Shown piece after piece: positions 1 through 10,714 of a stretch of 64,000 nt of DNA (positions are counted from its first letter, which is position 1; every line of letters begins with the position of its first letter). A model generated the notes under the pieces. The model worked only from the letters and a program-made list of their open reading frames with translations, was not told where the DNA came from and searched no databases. This DNA comes from Prochlorococcus sp. AG-402-N08 (GTDB taxonomy: Bacteria; Cyanobacteriota; Cyanobacteriia; PCC-6307; Cyanobiaceae): the NCBI GenBank assembly GCA_003216535.1, contig QCIS01000002.1:157774-221773 (forward strand), given 5' to 3'. Both the position numbers and the translations under genes were made by a program.

Positions 1-1079
1 CTAATTATATTTTCCATATTTTTATCAAACCACTTATGCAAGCTAATGGTGCTTTTTGCAAAAAACCCCCTACGTCTTTTATGTTTACCTCCCGCTCCAG
101 GATCAAAAAAATGGATACTATTTTTTATTGCCCATTCAATTGGCTGGTAATAGCATAATTCAAAATGTAAATTAGATATTTCTTCTTGACTACCCCAATA
201 TCTACCCCATAAGTTGTTTTGATTTTTAACGCACATCGACATAGCAAAAATTTCATTTGAATCATGTTTTGATGCACTAAAAAGTAAAAGATTTTTTTTA
301 TTATCAACCAGTGTTTCGAAAAATGTAGATGTTAGATATTTACTTCCCCAAACTCCCCACCTCGAGCAATGCTGTTCATAAAAATTATGCATTTTTTTGA
401 GGATTTCTTGGTTGATATCATCTTCATCAAAAATTTCTACTTTAATATCTTGTTTGGTAATTGATTTCCTCTCTTTTTTTATATTTTTTCTCTGATTAGA
501 GTTAAATCTAGAAAGAAAATCATTAAATGTTTTTTCTCCATTACTCCTCCATTCACTGCTGGAATTTATCCATTCATGGTATCCCAAAGATTTAAGATGG
601 TTGCCCCAGCTTTCATCAATATATAAAAAATTACAACTTAGAATTTTGTTTGTAATCGCAAAGCTTTCGATGTGGTTTATAAGTAAATTTGTAATTTCCT
701 TCTTGTCTTTATTTTTTTTATAAAGGAATTGATATCCATTTACAGGACTATAAGGACTCATTCCAATTAATTTAGGGTAATAATTTAAATTCAGCTCTTG
801 AGCCAATCTTGCAAATGATTGGTCAAAAATGAATTCTCCATAGCTATGATTTTTTAAAAAAAGTGGAGCAATTCCTAATATCTCTTCATTTTTAACAGCA
901 ACAAAATATAGTGGCTGCCAACCAGTTTCTCTTGAAACACTTTTTGATATCTCAAGGTTTTTAATCCAAGTCCATTCATAAAATGGATTATTAATTTCAT
1001 TTGCTAATTCATTCCATATCTCCTTGGAGATTTCCTTGATTGATAATTTGACTTCAACTTTATGTATTGGTTGGTTCAT
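1..1079 (-). CDS. GNAT/FemAB-like DUF482 family protein (3' end runs off the window)
   Basis: Not in the ORF track. Manual translation from ATG at 1079 (MNQPIHKVEVK...) is open to the window edge, with HSYGEFIFDQSFA, LWGRYWGS, LHFELCYYQPIEWAI and FDPGAGGKHKRRRGF motifs typical of the family. Confidence 0.85.
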   Translation of the reverse strand, partial: MNQPIHKVEVKLSIKEISKEIWNELANEINNPFYEWTWIKNLEISKSVSRETGWQPLYFVAVKNEEILGIAPLFLKNHSYGEFIFDQSFARLAQELNLNYYPKLIGMSPYSPVNGYQFLYKKNKDKKEITNLLINHIESFAITNKILSCNFLYIDESWGNHLKSLGYHEWINSSSEWRSNGEKTFNDFLSRFNSNQRKNIKKERKSITKQDIKVEIFDEDDINQEILKKMHNFYEQHCSRWGVWGSKYLTSTFFETLVDNKKNLLLFSASKHDSNEIFAMSMCVKNQNNLWGRYWGSQEEISNLHFELCYYQPIEWAIKNSIHFFDPGAGGKHKRRRGFFAKSTISLHKWFDKNMENII

Positions 1080-1096
1080 TTATTATTGAATCTATT

Positions 1097-1747
1097 TTAA
1101 ATTTTTTTGTAATGAATATGGATTTCATTATTCATTAAATTTTTAATTGATTTTATTTCCCATAGTCTTTCGAGATTAAAAATCGCATTTGTTTGTTCTG
1201 GAGGGATCCATGTATATCTACCTCCAATAATTCGTGGAATTATTGTAATTTTTAGATCTGTTATTAGATCCTCTTTTATAAATGAATTTATAAGTTTTGC
1301 ACCTCCTAAAAGAGCTAAATCATTTATCCCTTGTTTTTTGAGTGAAATTAAAGTTTTTTCCCATGAATCTTCGAAAAAAAGTTCTTTCTCGAATTCATTA
1401 TTCGACGAATTATCAACTTTACTTGAGCTTATTAGCCATCTTCTAATTGGTTGACGAAAGTATTTCCAATTACTGTTAAATTTTTTGCTATTTGAAGCAA
1501 CTATAGAAATTGGTTGGCTTTTTGATATATTTACTTCGTCATTATCATTGAGATTTTTAACTAGGTAAGTTGATTGATGAGCTATTAAAGTACCTAAACC
1601 AAAAATGGTGGCGTCAACCATTGATAAGTTTTGATTTAATATTTTTTTATCTTCATCGCTTCCAAGATGCGATTCGCCACCTCCAGGAAATGCAATTCTC
1701 CCATCAAGACTTGATGCTATAACAATTATTACTCTTGGGATACTCAA
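1097..1747 (-). CDS. RibD C-terminal / dihydrofolate reductase-like protein
   Basis: IASSLDGRI N-terminal motif and LLGGAKLINSF...DLKITIIPRIIGG. Confidence 0.8.
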   Translation of the reverse strand: MSIPRVIIVIASSLDGRIAFPGGGESHLGSDEDKKILNQNLSMVDATIFGLGTLIAHQSTYLVKNLNDNDEVNISKSQPISIVASNSKKFNSNWKYFRQPIRRWLISSSKVDNSSNNEFEKELFFEDSWEKTLISLKKQGINDLALLGGAKLINSFIKEDLITDLKITIIPRIIGGRYTWIPPEQTNAIFNLERLWEIKSIKNLMNNEIHIHYKKI

Positions 1748-2670
1748 GTTTGCGTTATTAAACTATTTTCAAATTTCAACTTCAATGAATTGGTTAACTT
1801 TTGATCAACATAGATTTCTGCAGCATTATTTGGACTCTCTTGGAGTCTTATTTTGTGTAATGTTGCACCAAGTTGATGTATTGGTTTTTTAAGAATATCA
1901 GAAATATATAAAGCTATATTTTCAGCAGTTGGAACACAATTATGGAAAAATTCGATGTCTTTATTAAGAAAAGTATGATCTAGTTGTTCAACAACTAAAT
2001 CGTTAATTATCTCTTGAAGGGCAGATAAGTCGCAAACCATTCCTGTTCTTTTATCAATTTCTCCTTTTACAGTTATATCGACAAGATAGTTATGACCATG
2101 TCCATTAACTCTGGCACATTTCCCATAGATTTTTTTATTTTCATCAAAAGATATCTCTTCTTTTGCAAGTCTATGAGCTGCTGCAAAATGAGTTTGTACT
2201 GTTAAAAATGCTTCCATGTTTTTTCCAAAATAATCTGCCCATAAATTTGGGTTTTCATAAAGTCTTAGACTTGTAAGAGGTAAATCATCCTTCAGACGAT
2301 GCCAAATGACCTTTACTAATGCTTCAGTTGTGGGAAGTATACCCTCTTGATTATCAACATTAAATTCAGGCCAGACATTATTTAAAAAACGAAAATCTAA
2401 TTGTCCAGTAACCTTATCTTTAATGGAGTGTTTTACATCAGAGAGATTAAGTACCATTCCATCAGAGTCTAGTTCTCCACCCATTGAAACAATAAGTTCA
2501 TAATTATGACCATGTCCTGGTGCAATACTGCACTTTCCAAAAAGAGATAAATTTTCTTCTGGGCTTTTTTCAGGAAGCCAATAACGGTGACTAGAACTAA
2601 AGCAGGCACGTCGAGTTATGACGCATTCACGTCCTTTTCCATGTAATGGTTTGGATTGTGTAGAAGTCAT
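1744..2670 (-). CDS. 6-pyruvoyl-tetrahydropterin synthase / QueD family, two tandem domains
   Basis: Two copies of C..x..GHGHNY plus LDFRFLN/LDHTFLN and PTTE/PTAEN motifs. Confidence 0.85.
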   Translation of the reverse strand: MTSTQSKPLHGKGRECVITRRACFSSSHRYWLPEKSPEENLSLFGKCSIAPGHGHNYELIVSMGGELDSDGMVLNLSDVKHSIKDKVTGQLDFRFLNNVWPEFNVDNQEGILPTTEALVKVIWHRLKDDLPLTSLRLYENPNLWADYFGKNMEAFLTVQTHFAAAHRLAKEEISFDENKKIYGKCARVNGHGHNYLVDITVKGEIDKRTGMVCDLSALQEIINDLVVEQLDHTFLNKDIEFFHNCVPTAENIALYISDILKKPIHQLGATLHKIRLQESPNNAAEIYVDQKLTNSLKLKFENSLITQT

Positions 2671-2720
2671 ACCTGTCTGCGATAATACTATCTTAAGGTT
2701 TTAAATACGCTTTTGTCTTT

Positions 2721-3278
2721 ATGGAACAATCCATTATCGAAAAAACAGTTCATACGATCAAGGGCAGAAGCATATTTTTAATAGGAATGATGGGTTCTGG
2801 CAAGTCACAAACTGGTTTGAAGCTGGCTGAATTATTGAAGTATAAATTCATTGATTTAGATTCATTAATAGAGAAGTTGGCAAAAAAATCTATCAATCAA
2901 ATTTTTAATGATGAAGGAGAAGATAATTTTCGTGAATTAGAAGCAAACTGTCTTAAAGAAACTATCAAAATTCCTTCATTAGTAATCTCCACTGGGGGAG
3001 GAATAGTTACCAAATCAGAAAACTGGGGAATCTTAAGACAGGGAATAATTGCCTGGATAGATCTCGACAAAGATATAGCAATTGAAAGATTGAAAAATGA
3101 AATTAAAAATAGGCCACTTCTTCAGGGAAAGAATCTAAATGATCTATATATGAGCATTTTTCAATCTAGAGAAAATTTGTATTCTCAAGCAGATTTAAGA
3201 ATTCAAGTAAAAAAAGAAAATATTGAAGAAGTTGCTATGAAAATAATTAATGCAATTCATAAAGAAATAATTAGTTAA
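2721..3278 (+). CDS. aroK: shikimate kinase
   Basis: LIGMMGSGKS P-loop, IDLD, FRELE, STGGG, RPLL. Confidence 0.95.
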   Translation: MEQSIIEKTVHTIKGRSIFLIGMMGSGKSQTGLKLAELLKYKFIDLDSLIEKLAKKSINQIFNDEGEDNFRELEANCLKETIKIPSLVISTGGGIVTKSENWGILRQGIIAWIDLDKDIAIERLKNEIKNRPLLQGKNLNDLYMSIFQSRENLYSQADLRIQVKKENIEEVAMKIINAIHKEIIS

Positions 3279-3532
3279 TCTGGTTCAATTCTTACTGCAA
3301 ACCATTTGATAACGTATCCTAATTTTATTTCTAATTCATAAGTGCTTTCCAATAGTTCTTCAAAAAATTCCTGATCAGGATCTTCTATATTTTGATATAT
3401 TGTTTGTGTCTCTGTCTTACTAAGCCAATTCTTTAACCATAAAATTGCTTCTTGCTTTGATACAATTTTTTCTTTTGAATCTGGCTCTAATAATACATAA
3501 TGATCTGATGCTCTTATTAGTGGATTTGACAT
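3275..3532 (-). CDS. chlororespiratory reduction 7 (CRR7) family protein
   Basis: NPLIRASDHYVLLEP and C-terminal LEIKLGYVIKWFAVRIE pattern. Confidence 0.75.
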   Translation of the reverse strand: MSNPLIRASDHYVLLEPDSKEKIVSKQEAILWLKNWLSKTETQTIYQNIEDPDQEFFEELLESTYELEIKLGYVIKWFAVRIEPD

Positions 3533-3533
3533 A

Positions 3534-4241
3534 ATGAAAATTCTTCTAGGATTAATTCTTTGCTTGATTTTTCAAGGAATTTTTTTAGAAAGTTCTTTTG
3601 CTCTAGTAGATTCTAACCTACGAGAGTTTTTGGAAAATCGTGTAAATCAATGGCCAGAATTATATTTGCCAAATTTTAAATTATCGGATAATTCTAAGGA
3701 TTTAATTTATCCTAAATGGTTCGAGGGGAATTGGCTTGTTACTTCTCAAGATATAGTTAATGATTCAGAAGAGCCAGTTATTTATAAAGTAAATTTCTTT
3801 AAGAATGATTCAGATTTAATTGTTGGTAATCGTGCAAAAAATTCTGAATCTATTGGAAAAGCAATATTTGGTGAAACCTTAATTAAGGTTGTAAATGATC
3901 CTCAATCTATTAATAATCAAATTACTTATTTAAAAGATGATTTTTATATCGATTCAAGAATTACAGGGAGAAATCAGATCCAAGATGATGATATTTTTTT
4001 CGCAGATGAGCTAGTTATACAAACAGCACATAAGCCAGGTGCTTCAAGGATTAATCAGGTAGAGACCATTAGTAAATTTCAAAAATGTTCCGAAGAAATA
4101 TTGGAAGTTGATAATTCAATCAAACCATCAATTTGTGGAGTGCAATATGTTGCTTCTTATGGTTCAAAAGTTGGTGATCCTTCTATTCATGCTATAAAAA
4201 CAAATAAATATAAATTGAAGTTTGAATTTATTGAGAGTTAG
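3534..4241 (+). CDS. conserved hypothetical protein with signal-peptide-like N-terminus
   Basis: 235 aa ORF, hydrophobic N-terminus ending SSFA, DLIYPKWFEGNW motif. Confidence 0.65.
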   Translation: MKILLGLILCLIFQGIFLESSFALVDSNLREFLENRVNQWPELYLPNFKLSDNSKDLIYPKWFEGNWLVTSQDIVNDSEEPVIYKVNFFKNDSDLIVGNRAKNSESIGKAIFGETLIKVVNDPQSINNQITYLKDDFYIDSRITGRNQIQDDDIFFADELVIQTAHKPGASRINQVETISKFQKCSEEILEVDNSIKPSICGVQYVASYGSKVGDPSIHAIKTNKYKLKFEFIES

Positions 4242-4953
4242 CACTAAAAAGATATTCTTCTAAGTTGTTCCTCCAAATGAAAAGATTTTCTAGATAAGGG
4301 TTATTGATGTATTCTTGACTTCCCTCTCCTGAAAGAATTGGCCCTGAAGACTTTGGAAATTTAAGAAGGGATAATTGAGCTGCAATTGAAATATCTGCAA
4401 TTGATAAACTTTCTCCAACTAAATATTTTTTGTTAATCAAGGATTTTGATAAAGCTTCCAGTAATTTTTGAAGTTCTAAATTATCTTTAGAAGACAAAAC
4501 TACATTAGAGATTTTACTAAGATTTTCAAACGGTAATTTATCAACAATACTTTTAACTGAAGAAGGTATTTCATCTGGAAGTAATGCAGTTCTTAGCTGT
4601 GGATTTTCTATTGCAGATTTTATTAAAGCTTTTCTACAAGTAGTAGCCATTGTAGTATCTGCCCAGTCTTCAATTAGTTTGCATTGTGCAAACAATATTG
4701 GGTCCTCAGGAAAAAGTTGATTGTTATCATTTTTTTTATCTATATATTCGCAAATAGTTGAAGAGTCATTAATAATTTGATCATTACTATCGACTATTAC
4801 AGGGACTTGTTTTTGACCTGATAATTTAAAGATTTCAAATTGACCTATTCCAGGTGTTACTTCTTCAACTCGATATTGTAGTTTTTTTGCATGAAGAGCC
4901 ATTCTTGTTTTTAAACAAAAAGCACTATGCCTAAATTGATATAATGTAATCAT
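4228..4953 (-). CDS. glutathione S-transferase family protein
   Basis: LYQFRHSAFCLK, GQKQVPVI, DSSTICEY, SIADISIAAQL. Confidence 0.9.
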   Translation of the reverse strand: MITLYQFRHSAFCLKTRMALHAKKLQYRVEEVTPGIGQFEIFKLSGQKQVPVIVDSNDQIINDSSTICEYIDKKNDNNQLFPEDPILFAQCKLIEDWADTTMATTCRKALIKSAIENPQLRTALLPDEIPSSVKSIVDKLPFENLSKISNVVLSSKDNLELQKLLEALSKSLINKKYLVGESLSIADISIAAQLSLLKFPKSSGPILSGEGSQEYINNPYLENLFIWRNNLEEYLFSANSQ

Positions 4954-4998
4954 GCTGTTTAATGTTTGTTAAAACTTAGCTAAAAAAGTAATCTATTT

Positions 4999-5217
4999 GT
5001 GGAGCTGATGGGCGAATTTTTCTCAAATGTTGCAAGATATCCCAAGTATTTAATATCCATTATTGTTGGGGGACTTGCTGCATTACTTGAACCTTTATTC
5101 AAGAATCTATCAAATCCACTCACAATAGTAGGTTTGATATCCTCTGTCTTTAGTGCTTTCATAACTGTTTATTTTGTCTTGCAAGCGATGACAAATCCAA
5201 TAAATTTACAATCATAA
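4999..5217 (+). CDS. DUF751 family small membrane protein
   Basis: FFSNVARYPKYLISI motif, upstream of rbfA. Confidence 0.8.
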   Translation: MELMGEFFSNVARYPKYLISIIVGGLAALLEPLFKNLSNPLTIVGLISSVFSAFITVYFVLQAMTNPINLQS

Positions 5218-5615
5218 TGCCAAATAATCACCGTCTTGCAAAAGTTTCTTCTCTTTTGAAGAAAGAAATAACCCTTATTTTGCAAAATGATTTGGAAAAT
5301 GATCTTATTAGAGATCATTTCATCAATATTTCTAAGATTGATTTATCAGGTGATTTGCAACGCTGCAAAATTTACATAACTTCAACTGCTCAAGATAAAG
5401 TGAGGAAAGAGATTGTGGCAAATTTGAATACTGCTAAAAGCTCCATAAGGTACAGTTTAGGAAAAAGAATAGAGATGAGAAGAGTTCCAGAGATAATTTT
5501 TAAAGACGATGTTGTTCTTGATAAAGGATTATCAGTCTTAAAACTTCTCGATGAATTAAAAAATAAAAATCAAGAAAATAATGATGAGGATAAGGATAAC
5601 GATGCCAATAGTTGA
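5217..5615 (+). CDS. rbfA: 30S ribosome-binding factor A
   Basis: RLAKVSSLLKKEI, DLSGDLQRCKIY, MRRVPEIIFKDD. Confidence 0.93.
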   Translation: MPNNHRLAKVSSLLKKEITLILQNDLENDLIRDHFINISKIDLSGDLQRCKIYITSTAQDKVRKEIVANLNTAKSSIRYSLGKRIEMRRVPEIIFKDDVVLDKGLSVLKLLDELKNKNQENNDEDKDNDANS

Positions 5616-6399
5616 TCTACCCCTTGATCAAAGAAATATAATTATAACTCGATCAAAAGAAGGGATATTGGATATAAAAAAGATATTTACAAGCAAGGGC
5701 GCTAATGTATTTGATTTGCCTGCAATCAGTATTGGTGATCCTGATGATTTGAATCCTCTAGACGAAGCATTAAATCAAATAAATGATTTTCATTGGGTTA
5801 TTTTTTCTAGTAGTAATGGAATCAAATTTGTGGACAAAAGACTTAGATATTTTAATAGTTCATTAAAAGAGTGTTCAAAAAAAACAAAAATTGCTGTAGT
5901 CGGAGAAAAAACCTCAAAAACTCTTGATGATTTTGGAATTAAGGCTGATTTCATACCTCCAGAATTTGTTGCTGAAAGTTTAATTGATAATTTCCCTGTG
6001 TCAGGTTATGGACTTCGAGTCTTTGTACCAAGAGTCCAAACAGGTGGTAGGGATCTAATTGCAGATCAATTTAGAAAGGCTGGTTCCCGTGTATTTGAGG
6101 TTGCTGCTTATGAAACTAGGTGTCCCGAATCAATTCCAGAGGAAACAATTGATATTATTTATAATCGAAAAGTCGATGCAATTATTTTCTCAAGCGGTAA
6201 AACAGTATTAAATGCCGCTTTTTTACTAGAAAAAAAACTTGGTAAAAAATGGTTAGAGTATTTTGATCAAATTAAGTTGTTAACTATTGGACCTCAGACA
6301 ACAAAAATATGTAACAAGATTTTTGGAAGAGTTGATAGTCAGGCAAAAAAATATACTTTTGAAGGTCTACTAGAAGTGGCGATTAATATTTTTAGTTAG
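5602..6399 (+). CDS. hemD: uroporphyrinogen-III synthase
   Basis: IIITRS, WVIFSSSNGI, IAVVGEKT, AYET, IIFSSGKTV, TIGPQT. ATG at 5602 is a more plausible start than 5581. Confidence 0.9.
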   Translation: MPIVDLPLDQRNIIITRSKEGILDIKKIFTSKGANVFDLPAISIGDPDDLNPLDEALNQINDFHWVIFSSSNGIKFVDKRLRYFNSSLKECSKKTKIAVVGEKTSKTLDDFGIKADFIPPEFVAESLIDNFPVSGYGLRVFVPRVQTGGRDLIADQFRKAGSRVFEVAAYETRCPESIPEETIDIIYNRKVDAIIFSSGKTVLNAAFLLEKKLGKKWLEYFDQIKLLTIGPQTTKICNKIFGRVDSQAKKYTFEGLLEVAINIFS

Positions 6400-6862
6400 A
6401 AAAATCTTTTGTATAGTTCTTTTCAACTAAATCCTTGAACCTATCAATATTGGCCTGCAATTCTTTTGTTACCATTTTGCCTAAAATATTTTCTTCCATA
6501 AACCGAGCAACCATTTTAGGTAGCTCATACGTTATGGCTAAATTTACCGTTGTGATTTGATCATTTTTACTTTCGAAAACTACTGATCCCTCAGTTGGTA
6601 AACCTCCAATTGATTTCCATTTTAGTTTGCTTTTTTCGACCCTTTCTGTAATTTGAGCTTTCCATTTAAACTTAAATCCATTTGCAGCTAAGGTCCATTC
6701 TGTTAGATCAGGTAACGTATTAGTTTCTTCATCAACAGTTTTTACAGATTCAATCCAGCTCATCCAAAGTGACATTGAGTCTAAATCGCTCCATGTATTC
6801 CAAACATTTTCAAGTGGCGCATTAACAACTGTTATTACGTCATGTTTTAGCCAAGTACCCAT
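6392..6862 (-). CDS. SRPBCC (polyketide cyclase/dehydrase) family protein
   Basis: VNAPLENVWNTWSD, FKFKWKAQITE, WKSIGGLPTEGSV. Confidence 0.85.
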   Translation of the reverse strand: MGTWLKHDVITVVNAPLENVWNTWSDLDSMSLWMSWIESVKTVDEETNTLPDLTEWTLAANGFKFKWKAQITERVEKSKLKWKSIGGLPTEGSVVFESKNDQITTVNLAITYELPKMVARFMEENILGKMVTKELQANIDRFKDLVEKNYTKDFSN

Positions 6863-6865
6863 CAG

Positions 6866-8320
6866 TTAACTCACCGCAAGATTCTTTGCTAATTCTGCTT
6901 GCTTCTCTAAAATTGCAGCAGCAGCCAAATGCCCACTCATCGTAGCTCCCTCCATAGAGTCTATGTAATCTTGTTTTGTATAACTACCAGCCATGAAGAA
7001 ATTAGATATGGATGTTTTTTGATCGGGTCTAAAAGGTTCCATACCGGGAGCTTCTCTATAGAGTGATTGTGGAATTTGTACCACGTTACTCCAAAGCAAT
7101 TTAAGGTTTTTTGAGGATGGGAATAGACGGCGAACCTCTTTATCAATTTCTTTTGTAATTCTTTCTGTGGATCTTCCCATCCATCTATCGCCAGGAGTTA
7201 AAACACATTGGAGAAGCGATCCCATATCTTTTTTTCTATAGTCTGCTGGACTTGCTAGTGCTAAATCAGCAAAACAACTGAAAGAGGCATCAGCAGAATA
7301 AAGAAGGTTATCTAGTCCAATTGGTTGGTTTCCAGTATTATCTTTTTGTAATTCAGTAACCCAACCGTCATATCTTAATTGGATTGTGGCAACAGCTACA
7401 GCTCTAAGTTTTTTTAAACCTTCAAATTCTTTAAATTGATACCATTCTTTTGGAATTATTTTTTTTATTCCAGGAACATCACAGGCAGCTAGAAATTTAT
7501 CTGCAAACACTGCCTTAATTCCTTCAGGAGAAGATATTTTTAATTGATTTACTGAATAAGAGGAAGATTCCTTTTCATAGATGATTTCATCTACCTTATG
7601 GTTAAGATGTATTTTTGCTCCTTTGTTTGTGATGTAGTCGACGATAGGTTGAGTTAACCACTTATGTGGGGAACCTTTTAAAAGATTAAGTTTTGAGGCT
7701 TCTGTTTTTGAAGCAAACATCATGAATATAGTTAGCATGCATCTTGCTGAAATATCTTTGCAATTAATAAAACCTAATGCATATGCAATGGGATCCCACA
7801 TTCTTTCTAAACTTTTTTCACTTCCACCATGGTTTAAAAACCATTCTTTAAAACTAATTCTATCTAGATCTCTAATTATTTTCATTGCGCCTTCATAGTC
7901 TATCAATCCTCTAACGATTGGACTTGTCCCTAAAGCTAAGGCATTTCTGAACTTATCTACCCAAGTAAGTTGTTCGGTGGTAAAAAAAGCTTTAAGTCCG
8001 TTAAATGGAGCACCTAAAGGGAATCTGAAGTCTAACGATTTTAAATTACCACCATTATTGATAAATAGATGAGTATGATCTTTCGGGAGTAAATTGTTTA
8101 GAGCTCCCACTTTTTTCATTAATTTAAAAAGATTTGCATAATTGTAAAAAAATACATGTAAACCCATTTCTATGTGGTTGCCATCCTTATCTTCCCAACT
8201 TCCTACTTTACCTCCCCAAAATGACCTGCTCTCATAAATTTCTACTTCATGACCTTCATCAACTAAATTGACTGCTGCTGTAAGACCAGCTAATCCAGAA
8301 CCAACTATTGCAATTTTCAC
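6866..8320 (-). CDS. zds: zeta-carotene desaturase
   Basis: [12 protein letters not shown]-binding motif, [24 protein letters not shown]. Confidence 0.95.
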   Translation of the reverse strand: MKIAIVGSGLAGLTAAVNLVDEGHEVEIYESRSFWGGKVGSWEDKDGNHIEMGLHVFFYNYANLFKLMKKVGALNNLLPKDHTHLFINNGGNLKSLDFRFPLGAPFNGLKAFFTTEQLTWVDKFRNALALGTSPIVRGLIDYEGAMKIIRDLDRISFKEWFLNHGGSEKSLERMWDPIAYALGFINCKDISARCMLTIFMMFASKTEASKLNLLKGSPHKWLTQPIVDYITNKGAKIHLNHKVDEIIYEKESSSYSVNQLKISSPEGIKAVFADKFLAACDVPGIKKIIPKEWYQFKEFEGLKKLRAVAVATIQLRYDGWVTELQKDNTGNQPIGLDNLLYSADASFSCFADLALASPADYRKKDMGSLLQCVLTPGDRWMGRSTERITKEIDKEVRRLFPSSKNLKLLWSNVVQIPQSLYREAPGMEPFRPDQKTSISNFFMAGSYTKQDYIDSMEGATMSGHLAAAAILEKQAELAKNLAVS

Positions 8321-8419
8321 TTTTTCTTAGAATTATAACAAATCAAGTTTGGATAACGTTTGTTCTATGCATCCTATCAATTAAGTTTTTATATTATAAA
8401 TAGTAGAAATCCCTTGTTT

Positions 8420-8812
8420 ATGGAAAATGTAGAAGTTAAACAGGAAATTAAAAATTCTGATGATGGCAAAGGTATCTTAATTACGAATGATGCTATAGAA
8501 CAAATTTCAAATTTATTGAAGGGCCAAAGTGATAAAAAAGCACTAAGGGTAGGAGTAAGATCTGGCGGTTGTAGTGGGATGAGTTATACGATGGATTTTA
8601 TAGGAACTGATGAAATAAATCCTGATGATAAAGTTTATGATTATTCATTAAAAGCTGATCAAAGCTTTCAAGTTGTTTGTGATCCTAAAAGTCTTTTATA
8701 TATTTATGGAATGCAGTTAGATTTTAGTAAGGAATTAATTGGAGGTGGCTTTAATTTTGTAAATCCCAATGCCTCTCAAACTTGCGGTTGTGGAAGCTCT
8801 TTTGCAGTTTAA
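8420..8812 (+). CDS. HesB/IscA Fe-S cluster assembly accessory protein
   Basis: LRVGVRSGGCSGMSY, GGGFNFVNPNASQTCGCGSSF. ATG at 8420 is the likely start. Confidence 0.92.
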   Translation: MENVEVKQEIKNSDDGKGILITNDAIEQISNLLKGQSDKKALRVGVRSGGCSGMSYTMDFIGTDEINPDDKVYDYSLKADQSFQVVCDPKSLLYIYGMQLDFSKELIGGGFNFVNPNASQTCGCGSSFAV

Positions 8813-8818
8813 TAAATA

Positions 8819-9247
8819 ATGAATAACGAAATTAATCCCATCGAAGAGGATTTTAATGCGGCTTTATCAAGATATAAAGCAGGGCAAGATTTAATTCCAA
8901 TTGTTCAAGATTTTCAAAAAATTATACAGCAAATTCCAAATCATTTTGCTGCTTGGACTTGTTTATCATGGCTTCAATTACTTTTGAAAAATAATGAAGA
9001 AGCTTTGTCAGCTGCCAGACAAGCTGTTCGATTAAATCAGCAAGATCCACAAGCAAGAATGAATTTGTCTTTAGCTCTTTTAGCTACTAATAATAAAGGT
9101 GTTAGGGATCATATTGAGTTAATAAAAAAAATGTCTATGATGATGCCAGATGTGAAAAGTGAGTTGAAAGAATCTGTTGAAGACGGATTAAGTAGATATC
9201 CAGATTGGCCTGAGTTAACCAAAGTAAAAAAATGGTTGGAATTTTAA
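8819..9247 (+). CDS. TPR-repeat protein
   Basis: AAWTCLSWLQLL...EALSAARQAVRLNQQDPQARMNLSLALL. Confidence 0.8.
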   Translation: MNNEINPIEEDFNAALSRYKAGQDLIPIVQDFQKIIQQIPNHFAAWTCLSWLQLLLKNNEEALSAARQAVRLNQQDPQARMNLSLALLATNNKGVRDHIELIKKMSMMMPDVKSELKESVEDGLSRYPDWPELTKVKKWLEF

Positions 9248-9248
9248 A

Positions 9249-10448
9249 TTGTTTAAGATTTTAATTTTAAGCAATGGGCATGGAGAAGATCTATCTGGCA
9301 GTCTAATAGCTAAACAATTCGTAAAAAGTGGTTATTCTATTCATGCTTTGCCAATTGTTGGTATGGGAAACCATTACGAAAAAGAAAAAATTAAGATTAT
9401 CGGTAAAACTAAGGAATTTAGAACTGGAGGAATTGGTTATAATTCTTTTAAGGGAAGATTTACTGAGATATTAGGAGGAGAAATATTTTATCTTCTAAAA
9501 AGATTATATTTAACTTTTAAAATAAGAAAAAAATATGATTATTTTTTTGTAGTTGGAGATATTGTGCCAATTTTTTTTGCATGGGTTTGTAAGAAAGATT
9601 TTTTTACATATCTAGTTGCTTATTCCAGCCATTATGAAGGGAAGTTGAAATTACCATGGCCTTCTAAATTTTTCTTGCTCTCACAAAAAGCAAAAAAAAT
9701 ATATACGAGAGATTCCCTTACAGCTAATGATTTAACATTGCAATTAAAAAAGAAAGTGTCTTTTTTAGGCAACCCATTTATGGATAAGTTTTTTCCTAGA
9801 AACAAAGAATTAAATAAAGATGAATTTAGTGTTGGATTATTTCCAGGAAGTAGATTCCCTGAGATTTTAGATAATTTTGTTTTGATTTTAGAGGTATTAG
9901 AGGCATTGTCAGATTTAAAATATTTTCAAAAAATTCAGTTTAATTTTGCAATAGTTAATGCTCTATCTTCATCAAAAATAAAGGAGATATTTCAAAAAAG
10001 AGGATGGCTAAAAATAGAAAATATAAAAGATAATAATCTCTTGAAATTCCAATATAAATTTTTAGAAGTGAATATATATTGGAATAATTTTGACAAAATA
10101 TTATTGAAAAGTAGATTCTGTATTTGCATGGCAGGAACAGCAGCAGAGCAAGCGATTGGATTAGGAAAACCGGTTATTCAGATTGAAGGTAAAGGTCCAC
10201 AATTTACAAAAAATTTTGCAGAAGCGCAAAGACGTTTGCTTGGAAAATATGTTTTTTGTGCCAGTAATTATAAAGACAAAAATGATCAAATCAATCAGAC
10301 AATTAAATTGATCATAAAAATAATATACCTTATACGGCTAAATAAGAAGTTTATGATCTCATGTAATGAAAATGCTAAAAAAAGACTGGGTGAAAACAAA
10401 GCTTGTCTTAAAATGGTTGATGATATGAATATTGTTATAAAAAAATGA
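9249..10448 (+). CDS. lipid-A-disaccharide synthase-related glycosyltransferase
   Basis: SNGHGED, GNPFMD, LFPGSRFPE, MAGTAAEQAIGLGKPVI. Confidence 0.85.
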   Translation: MFKILILSNGHGEDLSGSLIAKQFVKSGYSIHALPIVGMGNHYEKEKIKIIGKTKEFRTGGIGYNSFKGRFTEILGGEIFYLLKRLYLTFKIRKKYDYFFVVGDIVPIFFAWVCKKDFFTYLVAYSSHYEGKLKLPWPSKFFLLSQKAKKIYTRDSLTANDLTLQLKKKVSFLGNPFMDKFFPRNKELNKDEFSVGLFPGSRFPEILDNFVLILEVLEALSDLKYFQKIQFNFAIVNALSSSKIKEIFQKRGWLKIENIKDNNLLKFQYKFLEVNIYWNNFDKILLKSRFCICMAGTAAEQAIGLGKPVIQIEGKGPQFTKNFAEAQRRLLGKYVFCASNYKDKNDQINQTIKLIIKIIYLIRLNKKFMISCNENAKKRLGENKACLKMVDDMNIVIKK

Positions 10449-10714
10449 CTAAGGAGAATAATCAAAATAAGTTAAAACAAATTATCGATAATTTGTTATT
10501 AATAAATTTATTTACAGTCATTTTTTTTGCAATATTTTTTATTTTTGCAATCATCATGCAATTTAATGGGATATTTATTTTTATTAATTTGATTCAGATA
10601 GTTTGGAATCCTCTTGTAGTTCCATTGATAACAATTCTTATTATCGGTGCTTTAGTAAACGGTATTAATTCTTGGTGGAGGCGTAAATTGCTTTCTCAAG
10701 AAGAGGATATTTAA
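10445..10714 (+). CDS. hypothetical membrane protein
   Basis: Two hydrophobic stretches. Overlaps the previous gene by 4 nt and the convergent next gene by 50 nt. Confidence 0.6.
   Translation: MTKENNQNKLKQIIDNLLLINLFTVIFFAIFFIFAIIMQFNGIFIFINLIQIVWNPLVVPLITILIIGALVNGINSWWRRKLLSQEEDI

Noticed and set aside
125-307. 60 aa minus-strand ORF in the track
   Set aside because: Out-of-frame shadow inside the real DUF482-like CDS (1-1079)
10665-10714. 50-nt convergent gene overlap as a special regulatory system
   Set aside because: Short convergent overlaps are common throughout this streamlined window
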